Assembly (NCBI GenBank): GCA_964016885.1
Contig: OZ024743.1
Location: 318,680,001 to 318,744,000 of the forward strand
Direction of reading: 5' to 3'
Length of the DNA stretch: 64,000 nt
Source of the DNA: Eledone cirrhosa
Lineage: Eukaryota
Below are positions 27,038 to 41,894 of this stretch, piece by piece. Under the pieces are notes generated by a model. It made no database searches and was not told the DNA's origin. It saw only the letters and a program-made list of their open reading frames with translations. The position numbers and the translations under genes were made by a program. Position 1 is the first letter of the stretch. Each line of letters begins with the position of its first letter.

Positions 27038-27377
27038 GGAGGCACATGGTTTAGTGGTTAGAGCATTAGCCTTGCAATCGAAAGGTTGTGAGTTCAATTC
27101 TCAGACCGGGTGATGTGTTGTTTCCTTGAGCAAGCCACTTTATTTCACATTGCTCCAGTTTAATCAGCTGTAGAAATGAGATGCTAGGCACTGGGGTCCA
27201 TATCATGGACTGCAAAGTGGTCGTGGAGGTGCCACGGCAAAAAAAGCACCCAGCACTCACTGTAAATGAGGTTGGTGTTAGGAAGGGCATCCAGCTGTAG
27301 AAATCAAGCCAGAATCAGTTCCCAGCCCACTCTTGCAAGCAGGGAAAAGCGGACGTAAAATGAAATGATGATGATGA
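27038..27377 (+). mobile_element. tRNA-derived SINE family A
   Basis: Near-identical to 946-1290. Confidence 0.85.
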
Positions 27378-27467
27378 TATATATATACATATATATATAT
27401 AATAATAGTATCATAAGGTGAAGTTGGTTACACAGCTACATAGAATATACATAATTTACATAGCTAT

Positions 27468-27902
27468 TCTAGGGCGGGTAAAATTCCCGAGATCCAGCGG
27501 TCTCTGTCCCTCATTATTGCTGCCATGTCTTGCGTCTCCAACAGACCAGTGTCTGAACTTAGGGCATCAACATACGTTAACCTTGGTCTTCCTCTTCCAG
27601 TGTGTCCATGTAGGGGCTCCCACTGAGTGCAATGTCAACTCTGGATGTCGGTGAGCATGTCCAGCTAACCTCAGTGTGGAAGTCGGACCTTCGTAAAGAC
27701 CTGAAAATCTGCCTCTTCATTGCTGTAGTGCAGTCTGTGCTGCTGTACGGGTCTGAGACTTGGACACTGACCAAGAAACTCACTCAGATGGTGGATGGGT
27801 ACTACACAAGAATGCTGTGGATGGCTCTGAACATTAATCAGTATACACTGAGGATGAAAAACTCAGAGCTGTATGGGAGCCTCTCAAAAGTCAGCTCAAA
27901 AG
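27468..27902. mobile_element. RTE fragment with 5' inversion
   Basis: Plus strand 27630-27902 SVLLYGSETWTLTKK; minus strand 27480-27625 QWEPLHGHTGRGRPRLTYVD. Confidence 0.8.
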
Positions 27903-29768
27903 TTACATAGCTATATAAATTGTATTTACATCAATTACATGGCTATATAATATATACATATTGTTATATATATATATACATATAGCTAAATAGTATATAC
28001 ATCAGTTACATTGCTATATAGAATCTGAAATATTTAGAAATAGTACAGAAATGATACTTTTTTTGCAATTATTATTCTAGATAGATTCAATGTAAGATAG
28101 TTTTTGTTTACACTATCATTGTAGTCAGTCACTCCTGAGTGCTACTGGCAACAGATAACCCAGTACAATCCGTAACATGGTGAAATCATTGGTAACTAAA
28201 TCTGCAACCCACCAAGCTTGCTTGGAGAGGTGACTGATTTTTGGACACCTGCTTGATGAAAAACAAACCCATCAGATGGCAGAACTCAGGAGAGTCAACA
28301 ACCATGCAATAGTGTTTAAAAAAAAAAAACTGGTCGATAGAACTCCTTAACCTTGGTTGGCAATCTGTCTAGGAGAAAGATCACTCTGATTTCAAAACTA
28401 TAAAACCCACGTTTTTTTGCTAGTCTGACTGACATCTCACTACATCTCTTGTCTATCCATAGTTTGCATTTGGGACATAGGGTGGAATTTCTACCTACTC
28501 CTTTCCTGGACTCTGAGCATAAAGGGATCAGAGCCCAGTCTTCTTTTCTACTTATGTGGACTTAAGACTGTCAAGTTGAATTTAAGATCTGATTCCAAGC
28601 TATGCTTCCCGGTTTGGAATTTCTTCTCTAATTCTGAGTTTAATGATTCTATTGTTCACTCTACTATAATTATACTATATACACTGTTAACAGAATACCT
28701 GCCCCACCTAGCCCATTGTCCTTACCAACCCAGAAACATTTGTAACATTGCTCTTTGACTATAGGGAGTCTAGCAGGCAACACATGTGCACTCTCTTTTG
28801 CTCTAACATCTCTACAATCTTCCTGATCTTCCTCTCATAATACCAATATTGATGCTTGAAGTTCAGAAGTTTTGGAGTTTACTGGAAAATGGGGTTGTAT
28901 GCTTGAGTAGGGGAGTAGGATTGATACTGATTTACCATACCTGAAATAAAGGTTTGCATGGTGTCACCCAGATCGGTTCATACCAAGAAGATGGTATATA
29001 CATATTTACACTTAGGGCTTCTACACAGTTTTTGACTACCAAATATCATTTACACGGCATTGGTCAAACAGTGGCTATAGTATACAACATTTACTAAAGA
29101 TGCAATGTATTAAAATTGAACCCTAAACTGCTTGGTTGTGAAGCAAACACCTTAACCATACAGCCATGCACGCACCTGGTTGTTCTTTTCTTTTTGAAGT
29201 ATAAGTGTATGTGCATGTGTGTATATGGGTCAAAGCCCTACCAGAGGAAAACAATCCAACCATCAAAGAATTTCTACAAAGTAGGAAAATAGTATTTTGT
29301 TCCAGCAGTGAGTCGATGAATTGAAAGTTCAAAGAAAGTTATTCAGATGTAACATAATGAGAGTTATGCAATAGAGAGAATATTTCCAGCATTTTTATAC
29401 AATATCCCACCTGATGTGATTGGCAAAGTTTCACCAAAAGTTGTTTGTAAATAAATATATACTGAAGAAGATAGCCACACAGTGTTATATATCATCATTT
29501 AGTTTTTCTTAGTATGAAAAACTGTCACAATAAATATTAACATCTGGTTTCACTGAAAATTGGATGTGTCATCAGTAACAACTCACTCAACATATGTATA
29601 CACACACACACACAAACATGCATACTCATGGAGGCACACATATATTTCATGTATATACACACACACATATGATGTCTTCAAGACTGCATTGAGTTCTAAC
29701 AATGTGATCAGGGTGGAGGCACTATAAACAAGTGGATACCAGTATATATATATATATATATATATATA

Positions 29769-29962
29769 GGAAATGAGTCAGAACCCCGACGGCAGAGCTC
29801 AAGCCGTTACAACAGCTATTTCTGGACTCAGAAATAGCTGTTGAAATGGCTTGAGCTCTGCCGTCGGGGTTCTGACTCTTTTCCCATTACCCACTCTACT
29901 GCCCAAAGTATCGAGTACTGGTGCATTGTGGTCCACCTGGTTCCTTACCACACTTCCTTTGT
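29769..29962. mobile_element. Palindromic Penelope-like terminal repeat with half-hammerheads
   Basis: About 116-bp inverted repeat; right arm GAAATGGC...GCCGTC|GGGG; tail shared with 37426-37622. Confidence 0.65.
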
Positions 29963-31127
29963 TATATATATATATATATATGCATGTGAATGTAGTAAAA
30001 TATTGGTGGATGTGAAGAAGGGAAACAGTGCTCAGTTTGGTGTGAGAGCTGATATATCATATTATTTATTTATGTTCATACATGGAACAAAAGTTCTCCC
30101 TAAGGCTTCAAGGTCCAATTATGGACATCTTCCATATATATATATATATATAATGGATAGATAAGGGGCAACACAAAAAAGTGGTGCAGCAAAGTTAAAA
30201 TGTAACAGATAAATGAAACAATTTTGAAAATACAAGACACGTGATTGACAAAATATTTCCACCAAATAAAGGACAGCATGTGTAGAGTAGAAATATTTTT
30301 ACTGAATAGACAGTCAAGAAGGGATCTGACGTTTTGGGTGAAACCATTTCTCAAAGTAGATAGAGTAAGAAAAGAAAATATTAAAAATTAATATAGTTAA
30401 TACTAAGCATTGTGAGATATTTAATAAAAGACTGATAAGTTTCAAAAAGCTGGTACAATGAGGTAGAAATATATAAAGGGAAAGGATGTCATATAAACCA
30501 AAACAAAGTAATGTTTTACCCAGTTTATTTCAATATGGCTATTACCCTCTTTTCAAATGTGAAACAGAAATAGTTCAAAACAAAATCAAACGGTCAATGT
30601 GTTCTTCCTTAACTAGCTTGTGTGTGTGTGTATGTATATCTATATCTCTCTCTCTCTCTCTATATATATATAAAATTTGAATACAACCTCTGGATATATA
30701 TATATCTTCTCATTTGCTATACACACACACACAGATATAGGCAGTCTTAAAAGCTTATGCACACACATAAGCACACTCACATTTACACACTAATAACCAC
30801 ATAAACAGCACACACACATTCACATACATGCATATACATGCACATATAAATACACAAAAAACCAGACACACACACACACACACACACACAATTACATTGA
30901 TAGTACACTAAACATGCATGCACACACACAAAGGAGAAATAAACCAATGACATGCACACCCATGAAATACACACCATCTGCACACACATAACAATACCAA
31001 TGATACACCTAGACTCTCCACCCCGGCCTCCATAATCTTCATTAAAAAAAACACATTGACAAATTAAAAAAACACCAAAAAATACATAACAGTTAGTATT
31101 GAAACCAGAGAGGGAAATGTAGGCAAC

Positions 31128-31460
31128 TTGACAATAAAGGAAGCACTGCTTATACATAGGTGCAACCCATTGATCAATGACAGGTCAGCACCCAATATTT
31201 GTCATAAAAGGTTATACCCTGTCAAACACAGCCTAATCACAACAATTAACACAAGCAATTTGCTTCAATTTCATTATATATGGCAATTGATGGCATCTTC
31301 CTGCTTTTCATGAATACTACATCAAACATCAAAACACAATACTCGAAAGTAATTTTAAAATTTAAAACAAATATCAAAACTACAAGACTGGAGGAACGTT
31401 TTACTCAGAGTTACCCACACTCTAAGGATGAGATTTTTAAATCCTGAAATATTAGGACAA
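31128..31460 (+). mobile_element. Decayed Penelope-like 3' end
   Basis: LTIKEALLIHRCNPLIN (GIY-YIG C-terminus-like), then a decayed hammerhead CTAAGGA..GATTT/AAATC..GAAA. Confidence 0.55.
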
Positions 31461-31472
31461 AAAGTCTTCTAA

Positions 31473-31691
31473 CCCTTTAGCATTCACACTACTCTATATA
31501 TACTATTGTATTTTCACAGTAAAGGCGTTACCTCACATAATTATTCACATCGAATCTATGAGATTTTGATAGTGTTATCATTTATTTTGAAAACAATACC
31601 TTAACATCAGTATAAGTGGCTGGTTACGGCCAGTTTAAACAGAAAGTCGCAAGAGAATTGGCCAGATATGGCCGGTTTAAATGCTAAAGGG
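31473..31691. mobile_element. piggyBac-like MITE
   Basis: TIR CCCTTTAGCATT / AATGCTAAAGGG with CTAA and TTAA flanks. Confidence 0.8.
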
Positions 31692-32294
31692 TTAAAACAA
31701 ATCATTTTCTACATTATTTATATATGTGTGTATGTATATATATATTGAAATTCACACATTCCCCATATTATAATATAGAAACAATAGACATAAATAAATT
31801 CTCTCTGATTTGATTTTCATTTTAAATATTTTCACTTAATATTTGCTTTTCCATAATAGTTCAATAGATTGAGAACAATTGCAGAAATCTCCAAAACAGA
31901 TGTTTTCCTTTCCTTCTAATCTGTTTTTACATTGAGTGGAATGTATCAAATCAACCACTTTTAAAATACTGTGTCACCTTACCTTGGGGGTTACACCACA
32001 AAGCCAGTTACTGGAGGTTGATAATGAGGCCCTTTGGTCATTAATACAGTACTTTAACTACTTCATAACCATATTTCTAATGGAACACACACTCCCTATG
32101 TGTTTAAATTAACTAAAAACATTATCAAGATTTTAGAACAATTTAGTGCTATAACCAAGGTGTTGTAGTTTGCCTGAAGCATTGTGTGTATGGTATAAAG
32201 TTAGGGCTGGATTTACCAGGGTGGGGTTGGGTCAGTCATTGTACTGTGGCCATGTTGGAGCACTGCCTTAATATAATTAGTAATGTACAATATT

Positions 32295-32700
32295 ACAGCC
32301 AGTACACTCTGTAAAGTGGTAGCATTGGTGCCATGATAAAACGTACCCAGTACACTCTGAAAATTGATAGTGCTGGTGCCACAATGAAATAAACCCAATA
32401 CATTTTGTAAAGTGGTAGTACTGATGCTACAATAAAATAAACCCAGTACACTCTGTAAAGTAATGCTGGTGCCACAGTAAAATGCATCTAGTACACTCTG
32501 TAAAATAGTAGTGCTGGTGCCAAGATAAAATGCACCCAGTATACTCTGCATATAAGTTGGCATTAAGAAGGGCATTCAGCCGTATACATTATGCCAAAAA
32601 ATTGGATTGTATGAGCTAGACATAGTTATTTGACCTTGTCCTGTCTCAGATCATGACAACCTGTTTAACATAAATCAGCATGGAAATGGATGTAAAAATG
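32295..32700 (+). repeat. About 42-bp tandem array with RTE-type tail
   Basis: Same unit as 7360-7790. Confidence 0.75.
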
Positions 32701-33024
32701 AACAATGTTAGAGTTAGGGTTAAATTTAGGGCAGTCGGTCATTAGAATACACACCAATTATACACTGGGGCAAATTAAATTGATGGTAATCCTTTTCTCC
32801 TGTAAAATTCAGCCTTGTAATGCAACTTTAGACATCAATACTGCTTAGAGAATTGGATTTAAATGTCATAAGAAACATATCTACAGCTGAATATATATAA
32901 GAGAGTTGATAGCATATAAATAGGTTACATACATCTATTTTTTCATTACACACACACACATATAATTAATGTATAATACCCCAAGGAACTGAAAATCTAA
33001 TACATTAACTATTTATTAGTCACA

Positions 33025-33077
<53 letters not shown>

Positions 33078-33211
33078 TGCGTGCGACTGTATATATTTGT
33101 TTATATTTCTCTTTTTCTTGTGTGTATAAATTGTTTGAATGCTTCTATGCTGGGTATAAATGTGTACACATTTATACACACATGTATGTGTGTATATATA
33201 TATATATATAT

Positions 33212-33763
33212 CATCATCATCATCATCAGGTTTAGCGTCCGTGTTCCACGCTTGCATGGGTTTGGACGGGGGTTTTCCCACTTGAGGCAAGAGTGGTTGT
33301 CTTGCTCGCATAGGACTGTCTGGCGGGTTTTCTACAGTTGGATGCCCTTCCTAACACCAACCACATTTACAGTGTGGGGCTGGGAGGTTTTTACCGTGTT
33401 GCCTACACGGCCACATTACAGCGTGGACTGTCTGGCGGGTTTTCTACAGCTGGATGCCCTTCCTAACACCAACCACATTTACAGTGTGGGGCTGGGAGGT
33501 TTTTACCGTGTTGCCTACACGGCCACATTTACAGCGTGGACTGTGTGTTTTTTTTGTCGTGAAACCTACACGATCTCATTTGTTTCGGCCTGGATGTTGT
33601 GGGACCAACATAACTTTACATTGAAAGGGGCGGTGTGGATGGGGTGGAGGTGGTGGGACGGGGGTGTGTTTTGATAGAGATGCCTACTGACTGTAGTAGG
33701 TTTTTACTTTGTATTTAGGTAAGGCGGGTCTTCTCTATTACTGAGTACAGCCAAAGGTCTCGG
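33212..33763 (-). mobile_element. RTE 3' end (subfamily B) with about 110-bp internal tandem duplication
   Basis: Matches 12738-13200. Confidence 0.85.
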
Positions 33764-33789
33764 TATATATATATATATATATACATATA

Positions 33790-34410
33790 CAGAAAAGAGT
33801 GGGTAGAAATTCCATCATGTATCCCAAATGCAAACTATGGGTACATGAGATATGGAATCTCAGGTTAGTGAGCAAAGAAAGTAGGTTTTATATGTGGTCG
33901 ATGCACAGGTGCAGTAATTAGCAATAGTGCACAATATACTAGCTCATTTAAATACTTAGAGGACTCTGTAGAAGTAGTTGATAGTTTTTGTTACCTGGCT
34001 GTCCAAATTAGCAGTGGAAAAAGTTTAAGGATCTGCTACCATTGCTAGCAACAAAAAGCTTTTTCCATCAAAATGAAAGGTAGCTTGTATGACACTTGTT
34101 TACTAACCCCTATGCTGCATGAAAGTGAGACCTGGGCACTGGCTGCAGAGGACCTATGAAGATTGGAAAAAAATGAAGCTTGCATGCTCTGATGGATGTG
34201 TAATAGTAGTATTCATAAATGGCAAAGTGTCAATGAACTGAGTGAGAAACTAGGCACAAGAGAGATCAGATGCAGTGTGCAGAAGGAGAGACTGTAATGT
34301 GTATGGAAGGTGACAGCTGTATAAATAAGATGCAGAGTGCTCAAAGTCAATGGAAATTATGGAAGAGCAAGATCCAGGAAAGCTTGGGATGAAGTGATAA
34401 AATCTGACCT
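33790..34410 (+). mobile_element. Decayed RTE ORF fragment
   Basis: VEVVDSFCYL, MLHESETWAL, KAWDEVIKSDL. Confidence 0.8.
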
Positions 34411-34880
34411 TTTACTTAAGGATACACCTAACCCAGAAATTGAACTCATGGCTTATAGTATTTACTACATATTGACACAGAACTTATCAACACATGTACG
34501 AGTATATATGTGTTTGTACATACAGCATACCCACACATGTATATATATGTTTGTACATTCAAGGTACCCCCCCCCCGCCCCTATATATCATCATCATCAT
34601 TTTATGATGTCCACTTTTCCCTGCTTGCAAGAGTGGGATGGGTCCTCTTCAGTACAGCATCTCTCTATTTGTCACAATCCTTCGTCATCTCCACTGTGAG
34701 CTTCAGCAACCTGTGGTCAGTTCTTACTGCCTCTACCCATGTTTTCCGTGGTCTTCCTCACACATATATAATATGAAAAAACATTGAAGTTTTGTTAACT
34801 CGTATTTATGTTTTTATTGAGTATCAACCTGTTACCAGTAATTCCCTGAATCACCTACATTATTTATATATATATAGAGT

Positions 34881-35310
34881 GGTGGATTGGCAGTATCGGT
34901 AGAGGGTCGGACGCCATGCTTTGACGCAAAGAGTTACGGCCCTTTCCATTTTGAGTTCAAATCCCGCCGAGGTTGACTTTGCCTTTCATCCTTACGGGGT
35001 CGATAAAATAAAATATCAGTAATACACTGGGTAATTGCTGGCCTTGTGCCAAAAGTAGAAACAATTATTTATATATATATAAAGGTTAACTTTGCTTTTC
35101 ATTCTTACGGGGTCGATAAAATAAAGTACCAGTAATACACTGGAGTAATTGCTGGTCTTGTGCCAAAAGTAGAAACAATTATTTATATATAGACATGTAT
35201 ATTATAGCCGAGGTTTAACTTTGCCTTTCATCCTTACGGGGTCGATAAAATAAAGTACCAGTAATACACTGGGTGAATGCTGGCCTTATGCCAAAAGTAG
35301 AAACAATTAT
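34881..35310 (+). mobile_element. tRNA-derived SINE family B plus two further copies of its 3' half
   Basis: A box TGGCAGTATCGG, B box GAGTTCAAATCC, TTTGCCTTTCATCCTTACGGGGTCGATAAAAT-like segment present three times. Confidence 0.85.
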
Positions 35311-35450
35311 TTATTTATGTTCATACATACAGCATTTTCTACTAAATGTCTAACTCAACACACATGTGCTATTTCTAAAAAGAATTTTTTCTGTTTCTTC
35401 CTCTTCTCTCCCCTGCATTTTTCTATTTCTTCTTTTATTTCTCATTCTAT

Positions 35451-35485
35451 CTTCTGATGAAGGACTAATATCTGAAACATTAATA
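35451..35485 (+). ncRNA. Decayed minimal hammerhead (PLE-type)
   Basis: CTGATGA AGG..TCT GAAACATT; stem I only about 2 bp. Confidence 0.4.
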
Positions 35486-36540
35486 CTCTTTTCCTACTAT
35501 ATCAAGCATTAAACTAATATATATCTTCATTGTACTGTATTGTTTGCTTTGTTGTTTTCATTTACTTTTCACACACACACACACACAGAGGCATACACAC
35601 AATGGGACTACACATCTAACCCATGCTAGACTGGAAAAATGAATGTTAAACGGTGATGATGATGTTGTAAATGTGTTACACACATATATGTGTGTGTACA
35701 AAAGAGAAAATTAAAATAAAAGCAAGGTTTTTCTATCAACCTATTTCTATCATCAGACTTTACACCAGTGTAGCTGCAACTTGTGTGAGTGTGTTTTGTG
35801 TGTGCATGTGTGTAGACATATGTATATGTGTGCACATTCATGTATGTGTTTATGTATGTGCACATACATGCATGTGTGTGTGTGCATCATGCATGTGAGT
35901 GTGCGCATGTCATTGATCTTCATCAGGTTTGATGATGATTTTTTTAGTTGTTTGAGCAAGTAAACAACAACCTGCTAATAAAATAAATATGTAAGTGGCC
36001 GAGTATTCCACAGACACATGTACCAACAATATAGTTCTCAGAGAAGTTCTGCATGACATAGTGTGCGAAAAGGTTGTCCCTTGCCACACACGTGTGAGTG
36101 TGTGTGTGTGTGTGTGTGTTTGTGTATATAAATATATATATAGATATGGAAAGGGAGTAAGGTTCTATATACAAACAGTGGTTATAGAGAAAAAGTAGGA
36201 TTGGAAACAACACGGAAAATATGTTTAATTCTCTTTTAATTCTTTTTATTGAGGAGCAGTGGAGGCCAATGACTGGGACCCTTCATTAAACAGGGCTTAC
36301 CCACATCTCCAAAAAAGCCTTCTTCTTCACTCTCACTTCCTGCTTATGTGTGTGTGTGTGCAAGCCTTCTATCTCTCTATTCCTGCTTGTGTGTCTGTGA
36401 GCTATATGAGGGGCCCACCAAGCCTGAACTGCCCTGGCCGTCCCAATGTCAAAATCTGGTCCTGTATATATATTTGTACTCACAGTAAACCATATGTATT
36501 TGTACACAGTAAACCCAACACATGTGTATATATATATATA

Positions 36541-36837
36541 TCATCATCATCATCATTTTACGTCCGCTTTTCCCTGCTTGGAAGGGTGGGACGGGAACTG
36601 ATTCTGAATTGATTTCTACAGCTGGATGCCCTTCCTAACACCAACCTCATTTACAGTGAGTGCTGGGTGTTTTTTTCCATGGCACCTCCATGACCACATT
36701 TCTACAGCTGAGTAAACTGGAGCAATGTGAAATAAAGTGTCTTGCTCAAGGAAACAACACATCACCCGGTCTGAGAATTGAACTCACAACCTTTCGATTG
36801 CAAGGCCAATGCTCTAACCACTAAGCCATGTGCCTCC
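36541..36837 (-). mobile_element. tRNA-derived SINE family A (internal deletion)
   Basis: Reverse match to 946-1290. Confidence 0.85.
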
Positions 36838-37425
<588 letters not shown>

Positions 37426-37430
<5 letters not shown>

Positions 37431-37620
37431 AACAAGTAAGACCCCGACGGCTGAGCTCAAGCCGTTTCGACGGCTAATTCTGGAGTCCAGAATTAGCCGT
37501 CGAAACGGCTTGAACTCAGCCGTCGGGGTCTTACTGGTTCCTATTACCCACTCTACTACCCTAAGTATTGAGTACTTTGGTGCGTTATGGTCCACCTGGT
37601 TCCTTACCACATTTCCTTCG

Positions 37621-37622
<2 letters not shown>
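37426..37622. mobile_element. Palindromic Penelope-like terminal repeat with half-hammerheads
   Basis: Inverted repeat 37426-37544; each arm reads GAAACGGCT..AGCCGTC|GGGGTC. Confidence 0.7.
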
Positions 37623-37683
<61 letters not shown>

Positions 37684-37910
37684 GTAAACCCCACGCATGA
37701 GGGTGTGTATAAATATATATATATATATTGTTATACTTTGGGAGGGTCATGTTGCCAATAAGAAACACACGCACCAGTTGCTTTCACTTCAATTTATTAT
37801 AATAAATTTATAAATTTATTATAGGCAACATGACCCTCCAAAAGTATAAGAATATCGGTTCAACACACGTTTTCAGATAAAGAATCTTGCTAAACAAATT
37901 AAGAAACGAA

Positions 37911-37958
<48 letters not shown>

Positions 37959-38002
37959 TTATTCATGCTCCATTTTATATATATATGTATATATATATAT
38001 AT

Positions 38003-38722
38003 GCATGCTCCGTTGGATGTGTAATAGTAATATACGTGAACGGCAAAGCATAAATGAACTAAGTGAGAAATTAGGAATAAGAGGGATCAGATGCTGTTTA
38101 CTCGAGAGAAGACTACGTTGGTATGGTCACGTGATGCGCATGAAAGACGACAGCTTTATAAAAAAAGTGCAGGGCGATCAAAATTGATGGTAGTTAGGGA
38201 GTAGGTAGACCCAGAAAAACCTGGGATGATTTGATAAATTCCGACCTTACACACTTGCAGCTCTCTAAGACAATGTCACTGGACTGAGATCTTTGGCGCT
38301 ACACAGTAATACAGAAGACTCGCCTTTCCTATGTACAAAGCGAAACCTACAGTCAGTAGGCACCTCTTAACCATATACACCTCAATCCACTACCCCTACC
38401 CTATCCTCCCACTCCCACTAACACCATCCTCTCTCTGTAAAGTTGGTACCACAACATCCAGTCCAAATAAATGAGATCGAGATCGTGTAGGTCTCACGAC
38501 AAAAACCACACAGTCTATGCTGTAATGTAGCCGTGTAGGTAACACGGTAAAAAGTTCCCAGTGCCACACTGTAAATGTGGTTGGTGTTAGGAAGGGCATC
38601 CAGCCGTAGAAAACCTGCCAGCTATAAGCGAGACACGGTCACCCGACCAACCTTGCCTCAAGTGGGATAACTCCCGTCTAACCCATGCTAGCGTGGAAAA
38701 TGGACATTAAACGAAGATGATT
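38003..38722 (+). mobile_element. RTE 3' end
   Basis: MLRWMCNSNIRER...RRLRWYGHVMRM plus 3'UTR. Confidence 0.9.
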
Positions 38723-38957
38723 CCTATATACTGTAAACCACACATGTATATATATGTATTTCTATACAGAGTAAACCCCACATGTATTTATATATATTTA
38801 TACATAACAGAAAATGAAAATGAAAGCATTGCATCCTTATTGTGGTTGGCTCCATATCTTTTATCTTGAACATTCAGACAGTTGCTTAGTTGTAGGTGGT
38901 GATGTTTATATAGGTGTCTGACATAGTCCATATGTACATATATATTTATATACATGT

Positions 38958-39034
<77 letters not shown>

Positions 39035-39186
39035 TACATATATGTACATATATATTTATATACATGTACACACACCCACATATATACATATATATATATA
39101 TATTCATACATATATGTACATATATATTTATATACATGTACACACAGACATACATATATATATATATATATATATACATGCATATA

Positions 39187-39524
39187 TCATCATTCATCAT
39201 CATTTCATTTTACGTCCGCTTTTCCCTGCTTGCAAGGGTGAGACGGGAACTTATTCTGGCTTGATTTCTACAGCTGGATGCCCTTCCTAACACCAACCTC
39301 ATTTACAGTGAGTGCTGGGTGCTTTTTTGCCGTGGCACCTCCACGACCATTTTACAGTGGAATGATAGGGACACAAGTCCCTATCATCTCATTTCTACAG
39401 CTGAGTAAACTGGAGCAATGTGAAATAAAGTGTCTTGCTCAAGGAAACAACACATCGCCCGGTCTGAGAATTGAACTCACAACCTTTCGATTGCAAGGCC
39501 AATGCTCTAACCACTAAGCCATGT
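39187..39524 (-). mobile_element. tRNA-derived SINE family A
   Basis: Reverse match to 946-1290. Confidence 0.85.
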
Positions 39525-39552
39525 ATATGTACATATATATTTATATACATGT

Positions 39553-39601
<49 letters not shown>

Positions 39602-40012
39602 CATATATGTACATATATATATATACATATATATATATGTACATATATATATATACATATATATATGTACATATATATTTATACATATATATACATATAT
39701 ATATACATATATATATACATATATATATACATACATGTATGTACATACATATGTACATATGTATGCATGCAAATACATATCTATATCTATGTATACATAT
39801 GAAGGCCGGTGCCCCAGCATGGCCTCAGCCGGAACAGGTAAAAGAATATGTATATATGTCTGCTTACATATAAATATCTATCTATCTATCTATATGTATA
39901 TATATATGCATATGTATATATATATGCATACATATACATATATATCTATACATATGCATATATGCATATATATCTATATACATACATATCTACATATATA
40001 TCTATAAACATA

Positions 40013-40138
<126 letters not shown>

Positions 40139-40504
40139 CAGAGAGAGAGAAAGAGAGAGAGAATTTCTGTGAGGAAGCTATGTGTCTGCATCATAATTAG
40201 TATTTCTCAAACAGATTTTTACCCTATGTTTTCATGAGAAGGTGGAGTCTGCTGGATTACATTTATCATTTAACTAATATATCACTGTCATATACTGTAC
40301 TAGAAAATGTGCAATGAAACTGGAATGCAGCCGGCATGCTTTTCTTTTTTTTGTGTATGGTCTGTGTATTTATATATATATATATATATATATATAGATA
40401 TACACACACACACATATATATATATAATACCATCATTATTATCATACAGATACACACACATATATACGCATATATATATTTAAATATATATAAATGTATA
40501 TGAC

Positions 40505-40570
<66 letters not shown>

Positions 40571-40648
40571 TTATATATATATATATGCATATAACATCCA
40601 TATACCACACACACATATATGCATATAACATACATATATATATATATA

Positions 40649-40741
<93 letters not shown>

Positions 40742-40989
40742 CTATATATAGACAATAAATGGTGATGTTGATTATATATATATTATATTATACGCCTTTG
40801 TAAACATGTGTGATTGTGTGTGAACATATGTGTGTATATGTATATATGTGTCTTCGTGTACATATGTGACTGTGCAAATATTTGCAGACAAACTGATAGA
40901 TATTCTGCACTGCAACTTGTAATCTACAGCTTCATACAAACATAGACACATATGTGAATATATAATTATGTGTGTATCAGTCACTGTTT

Positions 40990-41113
<124 letters not shown>

Positions 41114-41426
41114 GTATATATATGAATATATATATGTGTATAAATATATAGGTGTGTTTGTGTGTGTGTGTGTGGATTAGCATTTGTATTAAATCTCTCT
41201 TATACACATGTGTGGAAATATGCATTTATACATATATATAAATATATACACATATATAAATATATACATATATATAAATATATACATATATATAAATATA
41301 TACATATATATAAATATATACATATATAAATATATATATATATATGTGTGTGTGTGTGTATGTGTCTGGATGTGGATGTGAATTTGTATTAAATTTCTCA
41401 GACACATATGTAAGCATATGTGTGTG

Positions 41427-41474
<48 letters not shown>

Positions 41475-41894
41475 TATGCATACACACACACATACATGCA
41501 AATCTACACACACATACACACACATATATAATGTTAGATTCATCTAAAGTTGCAAGAAAACCCACCGAAACACTAACCCTATCTTCCTGTTTTATTCCAC
41601 TCTTAAAATAGCATCAGACATTACACATGTCTGGGAGGTCCATATGTTACTACAAAAGTGTAGAGATACACACACATTACTTGCCAATGACAGATACATA
41701 TATAACTGCAAACATAGCTTTCTGGTTAAAGTGCTTTCTTCACAACCACATGGTTTTAGGGTTTAATCCCAATGTGTGACACATTGTTCAAGTGCCTTCT
41801 ACTATATACTCAAACTGCTCAATGCTTTGTCAATGTAGGAATGATTTTTCGTACAGTGAAACTAAAATTCTGTTATATGTTATTGTTTGTTTAT

